A stretch of 64,000 nt of DNA from contig CAIYYT010000002.1 of NCBI GenBank assembly GCA_903930455.1, forward strand, positions 6,479-70,478, in the 5' to 3' direction. The notes beneath the pieces were generated by a model. The model was not told the origin of the DNA and made no database searches. It was given only the letters and a program-made list of their open reading frames with translations. Position numbers and translations under genes: made by a program. This document shows positions 1-10,734 of this stretch, piece after piece. The stretch's first letter is position 1, and each line of letters begins with the position of its first letter. The stretch is from an uncultured bacterium (lineage in GTDB: Bacteria; Zixibacteria; MSB-5A5; CAIYYT01).

Positions 1-222
1 ACAGATCTGCAACCTTCTCAGCTAAGAAATATCATAACTTACTACTCTGTGGCGCCGCGGCCAATTGCGCATCTGGCATGGCTGTCAGCGCCGTCAGCAC
101 CTCCTCGTTCCATAGAACTCCGGTATATTGATGACTTGTGATAACGAAAGGATAATCGCAGTTAGGTTGCGATTCTTGGCATAGTCCAATTTCCTGCATT
201 CCATAAATTCCCAAGACTCCGC

Positions 223-1182
223 CTACTGGGCTCCTCTGCCTGTGAGCACGACCGCAGCCGTCTTGAGGACTATGCGTGAATCTAGTCCTAGTGACCAGTT
301 GCTGATGTAGTGCACGTCGTATTTGACTTTGGCGCGGACAGAGTCTATTGAGTTGTCGTAACCATTTTCGACTTGTGCCAGTCCGGTGATCCCGGGTTTG
401 ACCTGCAGCCTCGTCAAATAACCCTCGACCTTGCCCGACAGCTCGGCGACAAACATCGGTCGCTCGGGACGGGGACCGATCAGGCTCATTTCCCCTTTGA
501 CAACGTTGAGTAGCTGGGGTAGCTCGTCGAGGCGAAACTTGCGTAGAATTCTGCCGACGCGAGTAACGCGGGGGTCGTTTGCCGTCGCCCACACGGGACC
601 GCACTTCTTCTCTGCATTGGCAACCATCGTCCTGAACTTGATAATCCGAAATGGCTTACCATGAATGTTGTGCTGTCGGCGTTCCTGATTCCGGAGATTG
701 GCGGTTGTCAGACAATCATGCTGCCGACGGGTTGACTGGCGCCGGTTGCGCCCAATTCTCTGCTGCAAATAGAAAACCGGCCCGGGCGAATCGACACGGA
801 TCATTATTGCTACCAGTCCAAACAGCGGCAAAAGTAGCAGTAGCCCCAGAATGCTGGCGACGACATCAAGAACGGTCTTGATCATTTGCGGCAAATGTCG
901 GCAAGAGTTGAACAGGCCGGCTCTTAGGGACTGAGAGGCTGCAGACCAGAGAGTGCTGCAAAGACAGGTGGCGAGCAAGAGGTTACTCACTACCAGTTCC
1001 ACGATCTGGTAGTGAACTCCATCACGAACATTAGTCAGCCGCGTGAATGATCGACGCTGGAGTTTAGGCGATTGGTCTCCCAAATCGTGTCTGGTGCCAG
1101 CGACGGCAACAGGATGACCTACAAGATCTCTCGGGCGAAGGGGTAGGACCTCTAGAGAAGTAGATGATTGGTTAAACGGCAT
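223..1182 (-). CDS. Priming sugar transferase (Bac_transf/WcaJ-like); start uncertain (885, 1182 or 1224)
   Basis: Motifs [68 protein letters not shown]. Confidence 0.93.
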   Translation of the reverse strand: MPFNQSSTSLEVLPLRPRDLVGHPVAVAGTRHDLGDQSPKLQRRSFTRLTNVRDGVHYQIVELVVSNLLLATCLCSTLWSAASQSLRAGLFNSCRHLPQMIKTVLDVVASILGLLLLLPLFGLVAIMIRVDSPGPVFYLQQRIGRNRRQSTRRQHDCLTTANLRNQERRQHNIHGKPFRIIKFRTMVANAEKKCGPVWATANDPRVTRVGRILRKFRLDELPQLLNVVKGEMSLIGPRPERPMFVAELSGKVEGYLTRLQVKPGITGLAQVENGYDNSIDSVRAKVKYDVHYISNWSLGLDSRIVLKTAAVVLTGRGAQ

Positions 1183-1367
1183 GGGTGTTAGAACCTTTCT
1201 ATATAGCTGGTATCCGCGTAACAAATAAATCCATTTGTTGAGTAGTTTTCCGTCTGATTAAGAACTGAGCCAGTATTCGACTTTCAGCGGCGGACCAATT
1301 TGGTCACCACTTTGTGTCGTTGATGTTAGTATCAGTGCACGGCTTATCGCGCCAATTCCTGTTAAGA

Positions 1368-1382
1368 GCAAGCTTTGTGCCA
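1368..1382 (-). promoter_or_regulatory. sigma54 (-24/-12) promoter
   Basis: Minus strand TGGCAC-AAAGC-TTGC, exact consensus, upstream of the sugar transferase. Confidence 0.8.
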
Positions 1383-1466
1383 AACTCCGGTCGACAAGTT
1401 GTCAACTGTATTCTGATGAGACAGAGTTGGTTTTGTAACATACGCCGCGACTCCTTTGGCATAGTA

Positions 1467-1514
1467 TGGCAATATCGCCAGAAAAGCGTCGTCTCAAACG
1501 TGGCGTTATCGCCA
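1467..1514. promoter_or_regulatory. Two near-palindromic 14-mers, candidate sigma54-activator enhancer sites
   Basis: TGGCAATATCGCCA (1467-1480) and TGGCGTTATCGCCA (1501-1514), about 85-130 bp upstream of the sigma54 site. Confidence 0.5.
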
Positions 1515-1588
1515 TGGAAGAGAAAATGCTTTAGAGCGAGACCAGCAGCAGTCAGCTGCTGGTCTCAATTCGCTTGAACACCCCACCT

Positions 1589-4500
1589 CTACTTCATCAG
1601 CACCATCTTCTTGGTTTCGGTGAAGTCGCCTGCTTGCAGGCGGTAGAGATAGACACCACTAGCGACTGAGCTGCCGTTGTCGTCGGTGGAGTTCCATTCG
1701 ATGGAATGTGTCCCGGCAGGCATGTAGGCGTCGACCAGTGTCTTTACTTTCTGGCCGAGTGTGTTGATGACTTCCAGCCTGACCTGACCTGCTGCAGGTA
1801 ATGCGAACTCAATGGTCGTAGCCGGATTGAACGGATTGGGGTGCGCATCGCCAAGAGAGAATTCGGTGGGCACATTCTCTGTTTCGACAGCAGTAGTGTC
1901 TTCGCCAGCGGTCTCTTTAGGAACTGCGCCGGAGAGCGTAATGTCGACCGCGGCGACGAACTTGTTGCCGTCGGTGAAATCACCGGTGATCATCACAGTG
2001 TGCGTGTCGTTGGTCAATGGTTGTGGCAAGGACTGCACCGCCAGTTGGCGACTGAAGGCCACCTCCATCACTAGCCCCGCAAATCCGGTCATGTTTGGCC
2101 TGATGCGATACGACCCGCCGAAGATGGGGACTTGGCCGTCGAGTCGAATCGATGACGGGACGATGTTGCTGGCAGTATGTCCTGCAGGAATATTGCCGAT
2201 ATAGCCACGAACGGTGCCGGCGCTGCTGCCGGTCCAGCTTGAGTACCAGAGCGAGGGCAGTAACTGCACCTTGGCAACGTCGGCGACCTTTGTCAAGGCA
2301 AAGTCGACCTCTGACGATTCACAATAAACAGTAAAGAACTTCTGTGCGCTATCTGTCACGTATCCTAACGCAGGCCTGATAATGATTGAATAATTTCCGT
2401 TTATCAAACTGTCGATTGCATAGCGACCAGTACTACTCGGTGTTAAGGTCGATATTAGATGACCTGATTCATCATAAACCTCCAAAACCGATCCGATGGT
2501 GATATTGTTGACGGGATTGACGTATCCCTCAAAAGCCCCAGAGGCTGCCTTAAACCAACGAGCATGTCCACTGACAGTTGTTGTTGACGATTGATCGTTA
2601 TATAGAAGTGTCAAGGAATCGCCAGACGAGACCTGCAGCTGTCTCAAGGACGGATTCGAAGGAGTCACATCTAAACCGACGAAACCAGTAAAAACTCCAG
2701 AGCTGGCTGCCGATTCGATCAACGGAGTATCAAATCCCTTGGGATCGGTTTTTGAACTCACGTGAACCGTTACAGATTGATAAGTCCAAGGATCGGTATC
2801 CAGATCTTTGTCTTTTACGATGAGAACAGCTTGTGCTCCTCTGCCGATATAAACTTCTTTATCGAACGTGCTAGTACCGATGCCCGCCTCCGCGGGGTAA
2901 ACTTCCAGAACAAATGATTGAGAATCCGCTCTCCCTGTTCCATCGTCCACTGCCAAACTGATAGCATTACGTCCAAGCGTAACTAGATTAGCGGGCCATA
3001 ATACAGTATTTCCATTCACGACAGCCATGCCTGTCGGGCCCGTCACAAGAGAAGTAGAAATAGCATCGCCGTCAGGATCAGATGCACTGAGGGTATAGGA
3101 ATAAGGCAAACCATATTTCAAGACCAGTGGAGGTTTTGAGACGATGGTTGGGTAATTGCCGTGCGTGCTGGAAATGAGTTGATAAGTAATCTCGTTGGAG
3201 AACCTACTTTGAACGCCTGCCGTATCAAATGCCTTCACAGCTATCCGATATTGTCGACCTGCCAGAACATCTGACAGCAAATACTGTGATGTGTCCCCGA
3301 CTGAGACATGGTAGGTGTATTCATCATTATCCACTCTGTCCGCATAAGCGATCACATATCCTAAGACATTTGGTGAGGAGCTTTTGACCCAACCTAGGAG
3401 TACTCCATTGGCAGTGTCGTTGCCTTGCAGATTCGAAGGAGGTTGGGGAGCTGCTGGGTTAATAATGTCGAAAGCCTCCGGAGAGTAGGCAATGACGGGG
3501 GCATGTTTACCATCTTCAATTTTCGCATAGACATAGTACCTTCCAGTGGGAACACTTGCAATATTCCAGTCATATTGCATACTTTGGCTGGCTAGGGGAA
3601 TTCCACCGGCAATAAATGTTCCGTCTTGGTCTCTGCCATTGTCGTCATAGTAAAGGCTAACCTTCCAGTCCTGGCTGATGCTCCCCGTGTGCCAAGTGAT
3701 TCTCTCCGTACTGGAACCCAATACTTCAACTTTGTCCATGACCAAACCTGGTTTCTGCGCCAAGGCGTACGCATCAAGTTGATATCCTGAACTTTGGCTG
3801 CCTTCCAATTCTGTGTGCCACAGACCGGACACTGGATCGTTGACAATGCAATACATTACATCTCTTCCCAGCACAGCTTGGAAAAACACACCCCTTAAGG
3901 CAGAAGAGTCAAAGTCAGTCGATAAATAATCATGTCCACCAGGTGCCTGTACAGCACACTGAGGAACAGCAGCAGTCCCCTCCCAGCGGAATATTATTTG
4001 CTTCAGACCGGGTTCAATCATAAAATCAGCACCCGAGCTCGAAGCAGCATTTAGAATTGTCGTTCCGACTGAGGCAATCTTGGGAGAGGAGGCTACAGCA
4101 ATTTGCTGCAAATGTTCAAGATCCTGTCCCAGATAGAACGCAACGTCAGGCGGTTCATAGAGGAGGGCACCTGCCAATTGGAGCTCTAATGTCACCTCAT
4201 GTCCAAATACATCGAATGTCCTCGAAACCTTGAATTCACCAACTAAGGAATCGTTCGAGACTGACATTTCAACGTCACCAACTTCGTAAGGCAAGCTGAC
4301 AACAGTCTTGATTAAGTCATAGGGAAAACCTTCGCCGTCTGGAATTGACAATTCACCAGTTGCAGAGCCGGAGAATCGTTGGTCATCAAGACTTGCGGCT
4401 AAATCAGCCTTTAACACATCAATTAGACTGATTTTGCCTTCCGCACCGATGATACCACGCCTGTATCCAATGCTTCCGCTGGCAACATTTTGCCCAAAGA

Positions 4501-7303
4501 CCTTCAGCTTACCCATTCCTTCAAGAAAATCCGGAGGGCTCACTCGTAGTCCAAAGTCCTTCAACTCCACAATGTAGGTTGAACCGATGCTTGGTCCGCC
4601 CGTCAAATCAACTGTCAATGTAATATAGAGCGGTGGAGAGGCGATACCTGACAACTCCCCGCCGCCGCCGGCCAAAAAGATTCCCGTCCCTCCTATCGGG
4701 ATTGGCTGCCCCAATTCTATAGTCAGTTTTACTCGATCGAGCTGACCACTTCGTATCGTCGCCCCACCCCCAATTGCGACCAGAGGGGTCTTAGCCCGCG
4801 TATAACCTGCAAATATGCTGCTGTCTGTGTCGAAGTTAAGCTGAGTGTTTGTCAGTTGAATAGCGCCCAGCAAATCAATGGTCGGCACATTTACTTGACC
4901 GGCTACATGTACACCGGTGCTATTGCTGACAGTCAGGTTGTTGATTGAAATTACTACAGGTTTGGACATTTGAGGCAGACGGAAATCTAGGCGCCCGGCA
5001 ATCTGTACACCATCAGAGAGCAGAGCCAGGTCTTTGAGAGTCACCTTAATGCCCGCCAGTTGTAACTGTTGCTTGATATTCGAACCAATGAAATCGGTCA
5101 ATACCCCGTCTGGACCCAAGAGCCCGAATTCACTATCGCCGTCATATAGAATGAGGCGTTGACCCAGGTATTCGATGTATATTTGTCCTGCCTCAGAAAC
5201 CGAAAGCCTGCTAGGGTCAACAATAAGACTGTCCGTAAAATGCAGATATTGATTAATTGTTACGTTTCCTTTTACGACTTTCTTTCCATCGGTAGTCTGA
5301 TAAATTATGTCGCCCTTGATATGGATTACGCCAAAGACCAGTTCTGTCTCTTGCGCCGTGCCATTGCCTGTGAGATCAATGCCCAAGCTGGGTTCATTGG
5401 GGTCATTGCTGGCGATCGCCAGATGACCCGTATAACTCGTCGCATTGGGAGGCGAAAAGCGAATCGTTACGTTTTCAGATTGATTGGGCGAAATCACACC
5501 CGGGAAAGTGCTTGGGGATATCACTGAAAAGACGGCGTTATCTGATGATATTGTTATCAGTTGAAGGCTCGCATTACCAGTGTTTTGTATGGTGAAATTC
5601 CAATCACTGCTGTTTCCGATTCCTACCCGTCCGAAATCATGTGATGTCTCTGTAACAGCTATATGGGGAACCGGCGTCGGCTGGCCAGAATGCTCAGCTT
5701 GATAGATTTGTGTTATCTCGGATACGTCAAGGGTCCGGTTGTAAACCCGCACCTGATCCAGAGAACCGTTAAAATAACCCGGAGATGTTGATAGCTGGCG
5801 ACCGATTTCCAAAGGGTACGAGTTGGTTGGGGGAAGATCGTTGCCGCCGCCGCTAGAACCATTCCAGTGTGTCCATTGGCCCGTCTTCTGGGCGCCATCG
5901 ACAACCCATTGTGCAGTCGTGGGGCTGCCGAACTGCAACGAAAACGCCAGATGATGCCAGTTGTTGTCATTGAGACCGGTCAGGTTGCTGATCATGTAGT
6001 TATTCCCGGTAGTGCAACCGGTTCCGTATTGAAAGGCAAGGAACGGCTGACCGGCCGCCAGTCCGTACTTGATGTCGTAATTGATCTGGCAGTTGACATC
6101 GCTCTGCAATCGCTTATTAATCAGGAAACCTTCAGACTCAGTTGGGTCAATTTTCGCCCAAAGCATGATGGTAATGCCGCTGGTCAGGTTCAGTAGTCCA
6201 TTTTGGGGAACTTCGATGTAACTGGTTAATCCATTGAAACTCCGCGCCTTCCCACTGACGCCGTCGATAATGTTTGCATTGTGAGCAGTACCAGAGAGTC
6301 CGTTGGGTGAAGCGTCGGCAGCTGTATTCCCTGACGTTTCATCCAGCGGCCAGAAGGCGACAAGACCGGTCGGTGGTGGCGGAGTAGAGCTGAACTCGAC
6401 AACATAGGACGCAAATTCTGTCGAAATCGCATTGTGCATGATATTGTTCCAGCGACCCGGCAGCCTGGGAGAAACGGAAAGCGAAGTGTACATCTCTAGA
6501 GAGGTTTCGCGTTCCGGGGTGACGTTACTTGGTTCGCCTGAATTCCAGCTCGTGTAGGACCATGGCTCTCCAGAAACCCATGCCCATACTCCTGGTGATG
6601 ACTCAAAACCCCCTATGTAGGTTCCGACGCCCGGTTGGGGTAATGACAGCAAGAAGTCGTTTTCGCTTTGATTGGACACAGTGGCCAGATATCCACCCAT
6701 TGCGATTGCTGCGTCTCTACACTGATCCCAAGTCATAGTCCCTGAAGTCGGTACTACCTGATAGTAGTGGCCCGTACCGTAGAAGTACCTCGGAGTTGAG
6801 GATAGGCTTGGATCAGAATCAAATTCAATTATCAGTCCGACCGGCGGATTACAATCGGCTGCGTCATTCCACCTTCCTTGCCAATATGATCCGCCCGAGA
6901 TCGCGAGGTAGTTCTCATTGCCACCGGTGTTGCTGGGTTCACCAGGGTTCCAGTTGGTATAGTCCCAGGGTTCACCATTCGCCCAAACCCACACGCCATT
7001 GTTATTGGGTTCAAATCCTCCCAACCAAGCGCTTCTAGATGGATTCTCCTGAAAGGTGTTCCGAATGAAGCTATTCTCGCCCGCCGAATGAATGGTAGCC
7101 AAGTAGCCGCCTTGAGCGATTGCGAAATCTCGGGCAGCGGTCCAGCATATGCTCGGGGTAAACTGGACGTATTGGTAGTAGTGCCCTGTTCCCGAATACA
7201 AGACCGGCTGTGTGGTCTGGCCATACGATGGTGCCGCCAAGGCAAGAAGAGACGCAATGAAAATGATCGCCCCTCTCTTCAGCAATGTTTTCCCCAAGAG
7301 CAT
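1589..7303 (-). CDS. Large secreted multidomain protein: 2 C-type lectin domains, LamG, Ig/ASH-like, FN3, cadherin-like Ig, C-terminal FlgD/T9SS-A-like domain
   Basis: Signal peptide; two repeats GHYYQ..W..AR..A...GGYLAT..S..EN..W..GEPW.YT.WN.GEPSN; LamG-type GLVAFWPLDE..FNGSLDQVRVYNRTL; tail PNPFNPATTIEF..SGVYLYRLQAGDFTETKKMVLMK. Confidence 0.9.
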   Translation of the reverse strand: MLLGKTLLKRGAIIFIASLLALAAPSYGQTTQPVLYSGTGHYYQYVQFTPSICWTAARDFAIAQGGYLATIHSAGENSFIRNTFQENPSRSAWLGGFEPNNNGVWVWANGEPWDYTNWNPGEPSNTGGNENYLAISGGSYWQGRWNDAADCNPPVGLIIEFDSDPSLSSTPRYFYGTGHYYQVVPTSGTMTWDQCRDAAIAMGGYLATVSNQSENDFLLSLPQPGVGTYIGGFESSPGVWAWVSGEPWSYTSWNSGEPSNVTPERETSLEMYTSLSVSPRLPGRWNNIMHNAISTEFASYVVEFSSTPPPPTGLVAFWPLDETSGNTAADASPNGLSGTAHNANIIDGVSGKARSFNGLTSYIEVPQNGLLNLTSGITIMLWAKIDPTESEGFLINKRLQSDVNCQINYDIKYGLAAGQPFLAFQYGTGCTTGNNYMISNLTGLNDNNWHHLAFSLQFGSPTTAQWVVDGAQKTGQWTHWNGSSGGGNDLPPTNSYPLEIGRQLSTSPGYFNGSLDQVRVYNRTLDVSEITQIYQAEHSGQPTPVPHIAVTETSHDFGRVGIGNSSDWNFTIQNTGNASLQLITISSDNAVFSVISPSTFPGVISPNQSENVTIRFSPPNATSYTGHLAIASNDPNEPSLGIDLTGNGTAQETELVFGVIHIKGDIIYQTTDGKKVVKGNVTINQYLHFTDSLIVDPSRLSVSEAGQIYIEYLGQRLILYDGDSEFGLLGPDGVLTDFIGSNIKQQLQLAGIKVTLKDLALLSDGVQIAGRLDFRLPQMSKPVVISINNLTVSNSTGVHVAGQVNVPTIDLLGAIQLTNTQLNFDTDSSIFAGYTRAKTPLVAIGGGATIRSGQLDRVKLTIELGQPIPIGGTGIFLAGGGGELSGIASPPLYITLTVDLTGGPSIGSTYIVELKDFGLRVSPPDFLEGMGKLKVFGQNVASGSIGYRRGIIGAEGKISLIDVLKADLAASLDDQRFSGSATGELSIPDGEGFPYDLIKTVVSLPYEVGDVEMSVSNDSLVGEFKVSRTFDVFGHEVTLELQLAGALLYEPPDVAFYLGQDLEHLQQIAVASSPKIASVGTTILNAASSSGADFMIEPGLKQIIFRWEGTAAVPQCAVQAPGGHDYLSTDFDSSALRGVFFQAVLGRDVMYCIVNDPVSGLWHTELEGSQSSGYQLDAYALAQKPGLVMDKVEVLGSSTERITWHTGSISQDWKVSLYYDDNGRDQDGTFIAGGIPLASQSMQYDWNIASVPTGRYYVYAKIEDGKHAPVIAYSPEAFDIINPAAPQPPSNLQGNDTANGVLLGWVKSSSPNVLGYVIAYADRVDNDEYTYHVSVGDTSQYLLSDVLAGRQYRIAVKAFDTAGVQSRFSNEITYQLISSTHGNYPTIVSKPPLVLKYGLPYSYTLSASDPDGDAISTSLVTGPTGMAVVNGNTVLWPANLVTLGRNAISLAVDDGTGRADSQSFVLEVYPAEAGIGTSTFDKEVYIGRGAQAVLIVKDKDLDTDPWTYQSVTVHVSSKTDPKGFDTPLIESAASSGVFTGFVGLDVTPSNPSLRQLQVSSGDSLTLLYNDQSSTTTVSGHARWFKAASGAFEGYVNPVNNITIGSVLEVYDESGHLISTLTPSSTGRYAIDSLINGNYSIIIRPALGYVTDSAQKFFTVYCESSEVDFALTKVADVAKVQLLPSLWYSSWTGSSAGTVRGYIGNIPAGHTASNIVPSSIRLDGQVPIFGGSYRIRPNMTGFAGLVMEVAFSRQLAVQSLPQPLTNDTHTVMITGDFTDGNKFVAAVDITLSGAVPKETAGEDTTAVETENVPTEFSLGDAHPNPFNPATTIEFALPAAGQVRLEVINTLGQKVKTLVDAYMPAGTHSIEWNSTDDNGSSVASGVYLYRLQAGDFTETKKMVLMK

Positions 7304-7529
7304 TGTAACCTCCTCAAAAATGATGAATTGAGTGTACTTCTAGTAATATCAGAAACTGCGTTCCTGCTTGCAGTTCAGGAAATTGCGCGTGGGCACTCCC
7401 ACGCAGCGTCAGTCCAAACAAATAGCCCGTTATCATCCACGATAACAGGCTTGGTTCACTTGCTTATGATGATTTGCGCTGTTGCGCCTCTGCCTGCCTG
7501 TTGAGCGCGCTTCTGACATCTGACCTAGT

Positions 7530-8126
7530 CTATTTCGATCTTCTTCTTGTGTATCCTGCCACCCCGACCATGCCCAATCCTAACAGTATCAGTGTCACCG
7601 GCTCAGGGACAACACCGCTTTGGCTCGACACGCTCACCTGGTAGTCCTCCACCTCTCCAGTGAAGTAGTCTCCTGTTGGCGTCAATGGGCCATCATAGGT
7701 GATGCGGGCGCGCATCCAGGTGTCTCCCAGTAAGGCATCGGTGGGTACCGTAAAGCTTGGTGTCAGGGTTGTCATGCCGTTGTCGAACCATTGATCACTC
7801 AAACTGAACATCTGCTCGTTGTCGGCAAATACTTTGTCTTGGTTCCAGTCGATCCAGATCGACGCCCACTCATTCGATCCAACGTCAAAGAAGTTGTTGA
7901 GGGATACCTCTACTGATAGGTCGGCTGTTTGGCCTAGCCAGAAGGAGGGTGGATGGGTTATTCCGTCGGGAGTGCCGCCATCCTGGCCGAACCATTCTGA
8001 CAGGTAGTCTGGATCATCCAAGTGTGCGGCTGAGCCGTAACCGATCGCGCTAGAATACGACAAGCCCCAGCACGCGGCTGGAAGAAGCATGATGATCATT
8101 AACGTGAGAAGATGAGTGTTGCGCAT
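7530..8126 (-). CDS. PEP-CTERM protein with GEVED domain
   Basis: ATG at 8126 after GGAG RBS; WIDWNQDKVFADNE..GDTWMRARI..GEVEDY; tail VPEPVTLILLGLGMVGVAGYTRRRSK. Confidence 0.92.
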   Translation of the reverse strand: MRNTHLLTLMIIMLLPAACWGLSYSSAIGYGSAAHLDDPDYLSEWFGQDGGTPDGITHPPSFWLGQTADLSVEVSLNNFFDVGSNEWASIWIDWNQDKVFADNEQMFSLSDQWFDNGMTTLTPSFTVPTDALLGDTWMRARITYDGPLTPTGDYFTGEVEDYQVSVSSQSGVVPEPVTLILLGLGMVGVAGYTRRRSK

Positions 8127-8626
8127 AAACTCTCCTTGTCCCGGTGGAACCGATAGTTGTGAATCGTTTATTGTCTCCGAAGAGTGAAGAAAGTGCGAAT
8201 CGAGTCCAAAGCTGGCACTCGTCTCGCGATCCTGCAAGTATACTCTCAATGTCCCAAATCCCCGTAAAACCACACATTTTGTCGCCAGCGTGGAACTTGA
8301 CAAAAAACGCAGTGCCCTAGTTTCGGGCGGACAAGACGACAAGAAACATCTTTACCCATAAAAAGATATGCGGGTCTACGCAATAGTCAATGGAGATCAA
8401 TACGATAAAATTGTGTACAAATTACGTATCGTAAATACGTAACAGCAATCAATCGGAGGTTGGAGGTTCGAGACACCATCCGAGATGTACATCCATCACT
8501 GTGCGCTAGCGCAAGTGTTCGTGGCAGTCATTTTGTCGCTAACTTGAAGAGCCTTTGCGTAGGAGGAAAACACTTCGGGGGTTAGACGATCACGTGATTT
8601 CAATCGGGGTTGTTACCATTCTCTGA

Positions 8627-8671
8627 AGAATCTTGGAATCGTCGTCATTGACTGTGTGATTCCAAGATTCT
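8627..8671. repeat. Perfect 14-bp inverted repeat
   Basis: AGAATCTTGGAATC (8627-8640) / GATTCCAAGATTCT (8658-8671); 17-bp spacer contains GTCATTGAC. Confidence 0.85.
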
Positions 8672-8751
8672 CTTTATCCGGGGTTTGAAATGGCTTGTTG
8701 TTGGGGTATTCGTGGGTTTTGGCCTTGGAAGCAGTGAAATAGGTTCGTCAT

Positions 8752-10734
8752 TCAAAGTTTGACAAGTTGCTGAACTGAGGTGAGCAGAACCCTTGATTGT
8801 TCAAAATCAGTCGTGAGTTGGTTCTGGATCTGGATTAGGCATTCTGGTGTTGTTGCCATGATGATTATTGATTCGAAGTCCTTCTTCAGGTTCTTTTCGA
8901 GGTTCTTTTTCCAGTCTGATTTGCCGGTTTCGATTTCTACTGCTGTTCGTTTGCCGTCTTTTTCGATGACGATGTCTGTGTAGCCGTTCACTGGTTCTTC
9001 GATGAGGACTTTGTATCCCAAAGTTTCATAGTGTTCGGCCACTTTCTGTTTCCAGAATTTGTGTTCGAGTCCTTCGTTGAATCGCACTGGCGGCTTCTGG
9101 TGTCCGGATTGTGATAGCTGTTGCCAGCCGTCTTGGGTGATGTCGAGGAGTACCATTCTTCCGCTTTTTGTCAGTATGCTGACTGGTTCGATCAGTTGTT
9201 TCTCGATTAGGGATTTCTTGATGGTGTCGCCGTTTCTTCTGCTGACTCTCAATCTTCTGTAGCGTTCTACGACTCCCGAGAAAGGATGACTGGCGATCTC
9301 GAGCAGTAGTGCCTGTTCTCGTTCGTTGAGTTTCGCGGTGAAATCCTTTTTCGGAGGGGGCTCGATCTGAGCTGCTTGATTGCGGAGAACGTTTCTATAC
9401 GCCATCATGGCCTTGAGTTTTTGGTCGTCTACTGCTCCCTTGGGTACTTTGCAGTGGGAAATGACGACTTCAAATGGCTGAAGCCATCTTCCTTGTAGCT
9501 TTACGACCGCCGCTCCGATGGGTAAGCGGCCGAGTAGTTCGTTGTCTTCGTCCTTCATCAGCATAGCCGCAGCAACAGCATTGACGTCGAGTCGGTGTTT
9601 CAAGTTCATCGTGATGGTAGTGTAGGAGTTGCCCAATGCGGGTATGGAGATCAAGCTGGGGTGTTGGTCGACGAGGACTATGGCTTCGCCGAGTTCTCTG
9701 ATTTCCCTCAAGATGGTGTCGGTTACTGCTTCTCCTCCTGATCCTCCGGGCTTTTTGAGTAGTATGTGGTGTGCTTCTTCGATGAAGATGACGTGTTTGA
9801 AGCACTCCCTGTCCGGCTGGACTAGGCGATAGTGGTGTATCCAGAGAAGCATGGATTCGATGATCAGGTTCTTGTCATTGTTGGTCAAAGCATCAAGCTC
9901 AAGAATAACGTTTCTGTCAAGTAGGCTTGCCAAGTTTGGCTGGCTGGAAGTGTTGACTACTTCGCCCATGGGGCCAAAGCAGATGGACTTGATTCCTCTC
10001 ATGGTGGAGTCCATCCAGAGCGCCTTTCTGCCCTTGACCGGGTTGTCCTCAAGCCACTTCAAAACGTCTATGAAGGTGGGGTACTTCTGGGGGGTGCCCT
10101 CGTAAACACCAAATTGCTCGTAAACTGCATTCAATGCCTCCTGGAGCAAGAACATGACTCCCTCACCCAAGTAATAGGCGCCGGCGATGATCTCGATCAG
10201 TTTCTTGAGCCAGACTTTGGGATCAGTGCCCGTTGGAGGAATCAAGGGGTTGAAAACCATGGGGGAGGTGTTTCTACCAACAGTGTACACCAATATACTC
10301 TCGTCAGTCATGGCTAAGAGGTCTCGGTAGTTGCGTTTCCAGTCAAAGATCAAGAATGGCTTCTTCCTTGCCAAAAGGCTCTTGAGTAGAATGAAGACCG
10401 TGTTGGTCTTACCAGCACCACTTCTTCCAAAGATGGCTGTGTGCTGTATCCATTCGTCTTCCCGCAAGCCAAACTGGTGGTAGTTTCGTCCTGAGTAGTG
10501 GATTGTTCCGATGGGGTATTCGCCGTGGGCGGTGTCCTTTGGCGGGACTGAGAGATAGGTTTCGGGGCTGTCGACTGTCGAGCCGAGGCGTTTTACTGCC
10601 ATGAGCCGTATTGCTGCTTCGATGTCTCTTCTGCCGTCTTGGTCTTCGGTGAGGTAGGCGAGGTAGTACTGGTCGGCTTTCTTGCCGATGAGTGGTTTCA
10701 ATTGTCTGCAGAGTTCCTGGACGTCCATTTTCAA
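8752..10734 (-). CDS. HerA/VirB4-like (DUF87) ATPase fused to winged HTH and C-terminal PD-(D/E)XK-like domain
   Basis: HTAIFGRSGAGKT (Walker A), VIFIEEAH (Walker B), LREIRELG..LVDQHPS; C-terminal EHKFWK..GYKVLIEE..TDIVIE..AVEIETG. Confidence 0.85.
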   Translation of the reverse strand: MKMDVQELCRQLKPLIGKKADQYYLAYLTEDQDGRRDIEAAIRLMAVKRLGSTVDSPETYLSVPPKDTAHGEYPIGTIHYSGRNYHQFGLREDEWIQHTAIFGRSGAGKTNTVFILLKSLLARKKPFLIFDWKRNYRDLLAMTDESILVYTVGRNTSPMVFNPLIPPTGTDPKVWLKKLIEIIAGAYYLGEGVMFLLQEALNAVYEQFGVYEGTPQKYPTFIDVLKWLEDNPVKGRKALWMDSTMRGIKSICFGPMGEVVNTSSQPNLASLLDRNVILELDALTNNDKNLIIESMLLWIHHYRLVQPDRECFKHVIFIEEAHHILLKKPGGSGGEAVTDTILREIRELGEAIVLVDQHPSLISIPALGNSYTTITMNLKHRLDVNAVAAAMLMKDEDNELLGRLPIGAAVVKLQGRWLQPFEVVISHCKVPKGAVDDQKLKAMMAYRNVLRNQAAQIEPPPKKDFTAKLNEREQALLLEIASHPFSGVVERYRRLRVSRRNGDTIKKSLIEKQLIEPVSILTKSGRMVLLDITQDGWQQLSQSGHQKPPVRFNEGLEHKFWKQKVAEHYETLGYKVLIEEPVNGYTDIVIEKDGKRTAVEIETGKSDWKKNLEKNLKKDFESIIIMATTPECLIQIQNQLTTDFEQSRVLLTSVQQLVKL

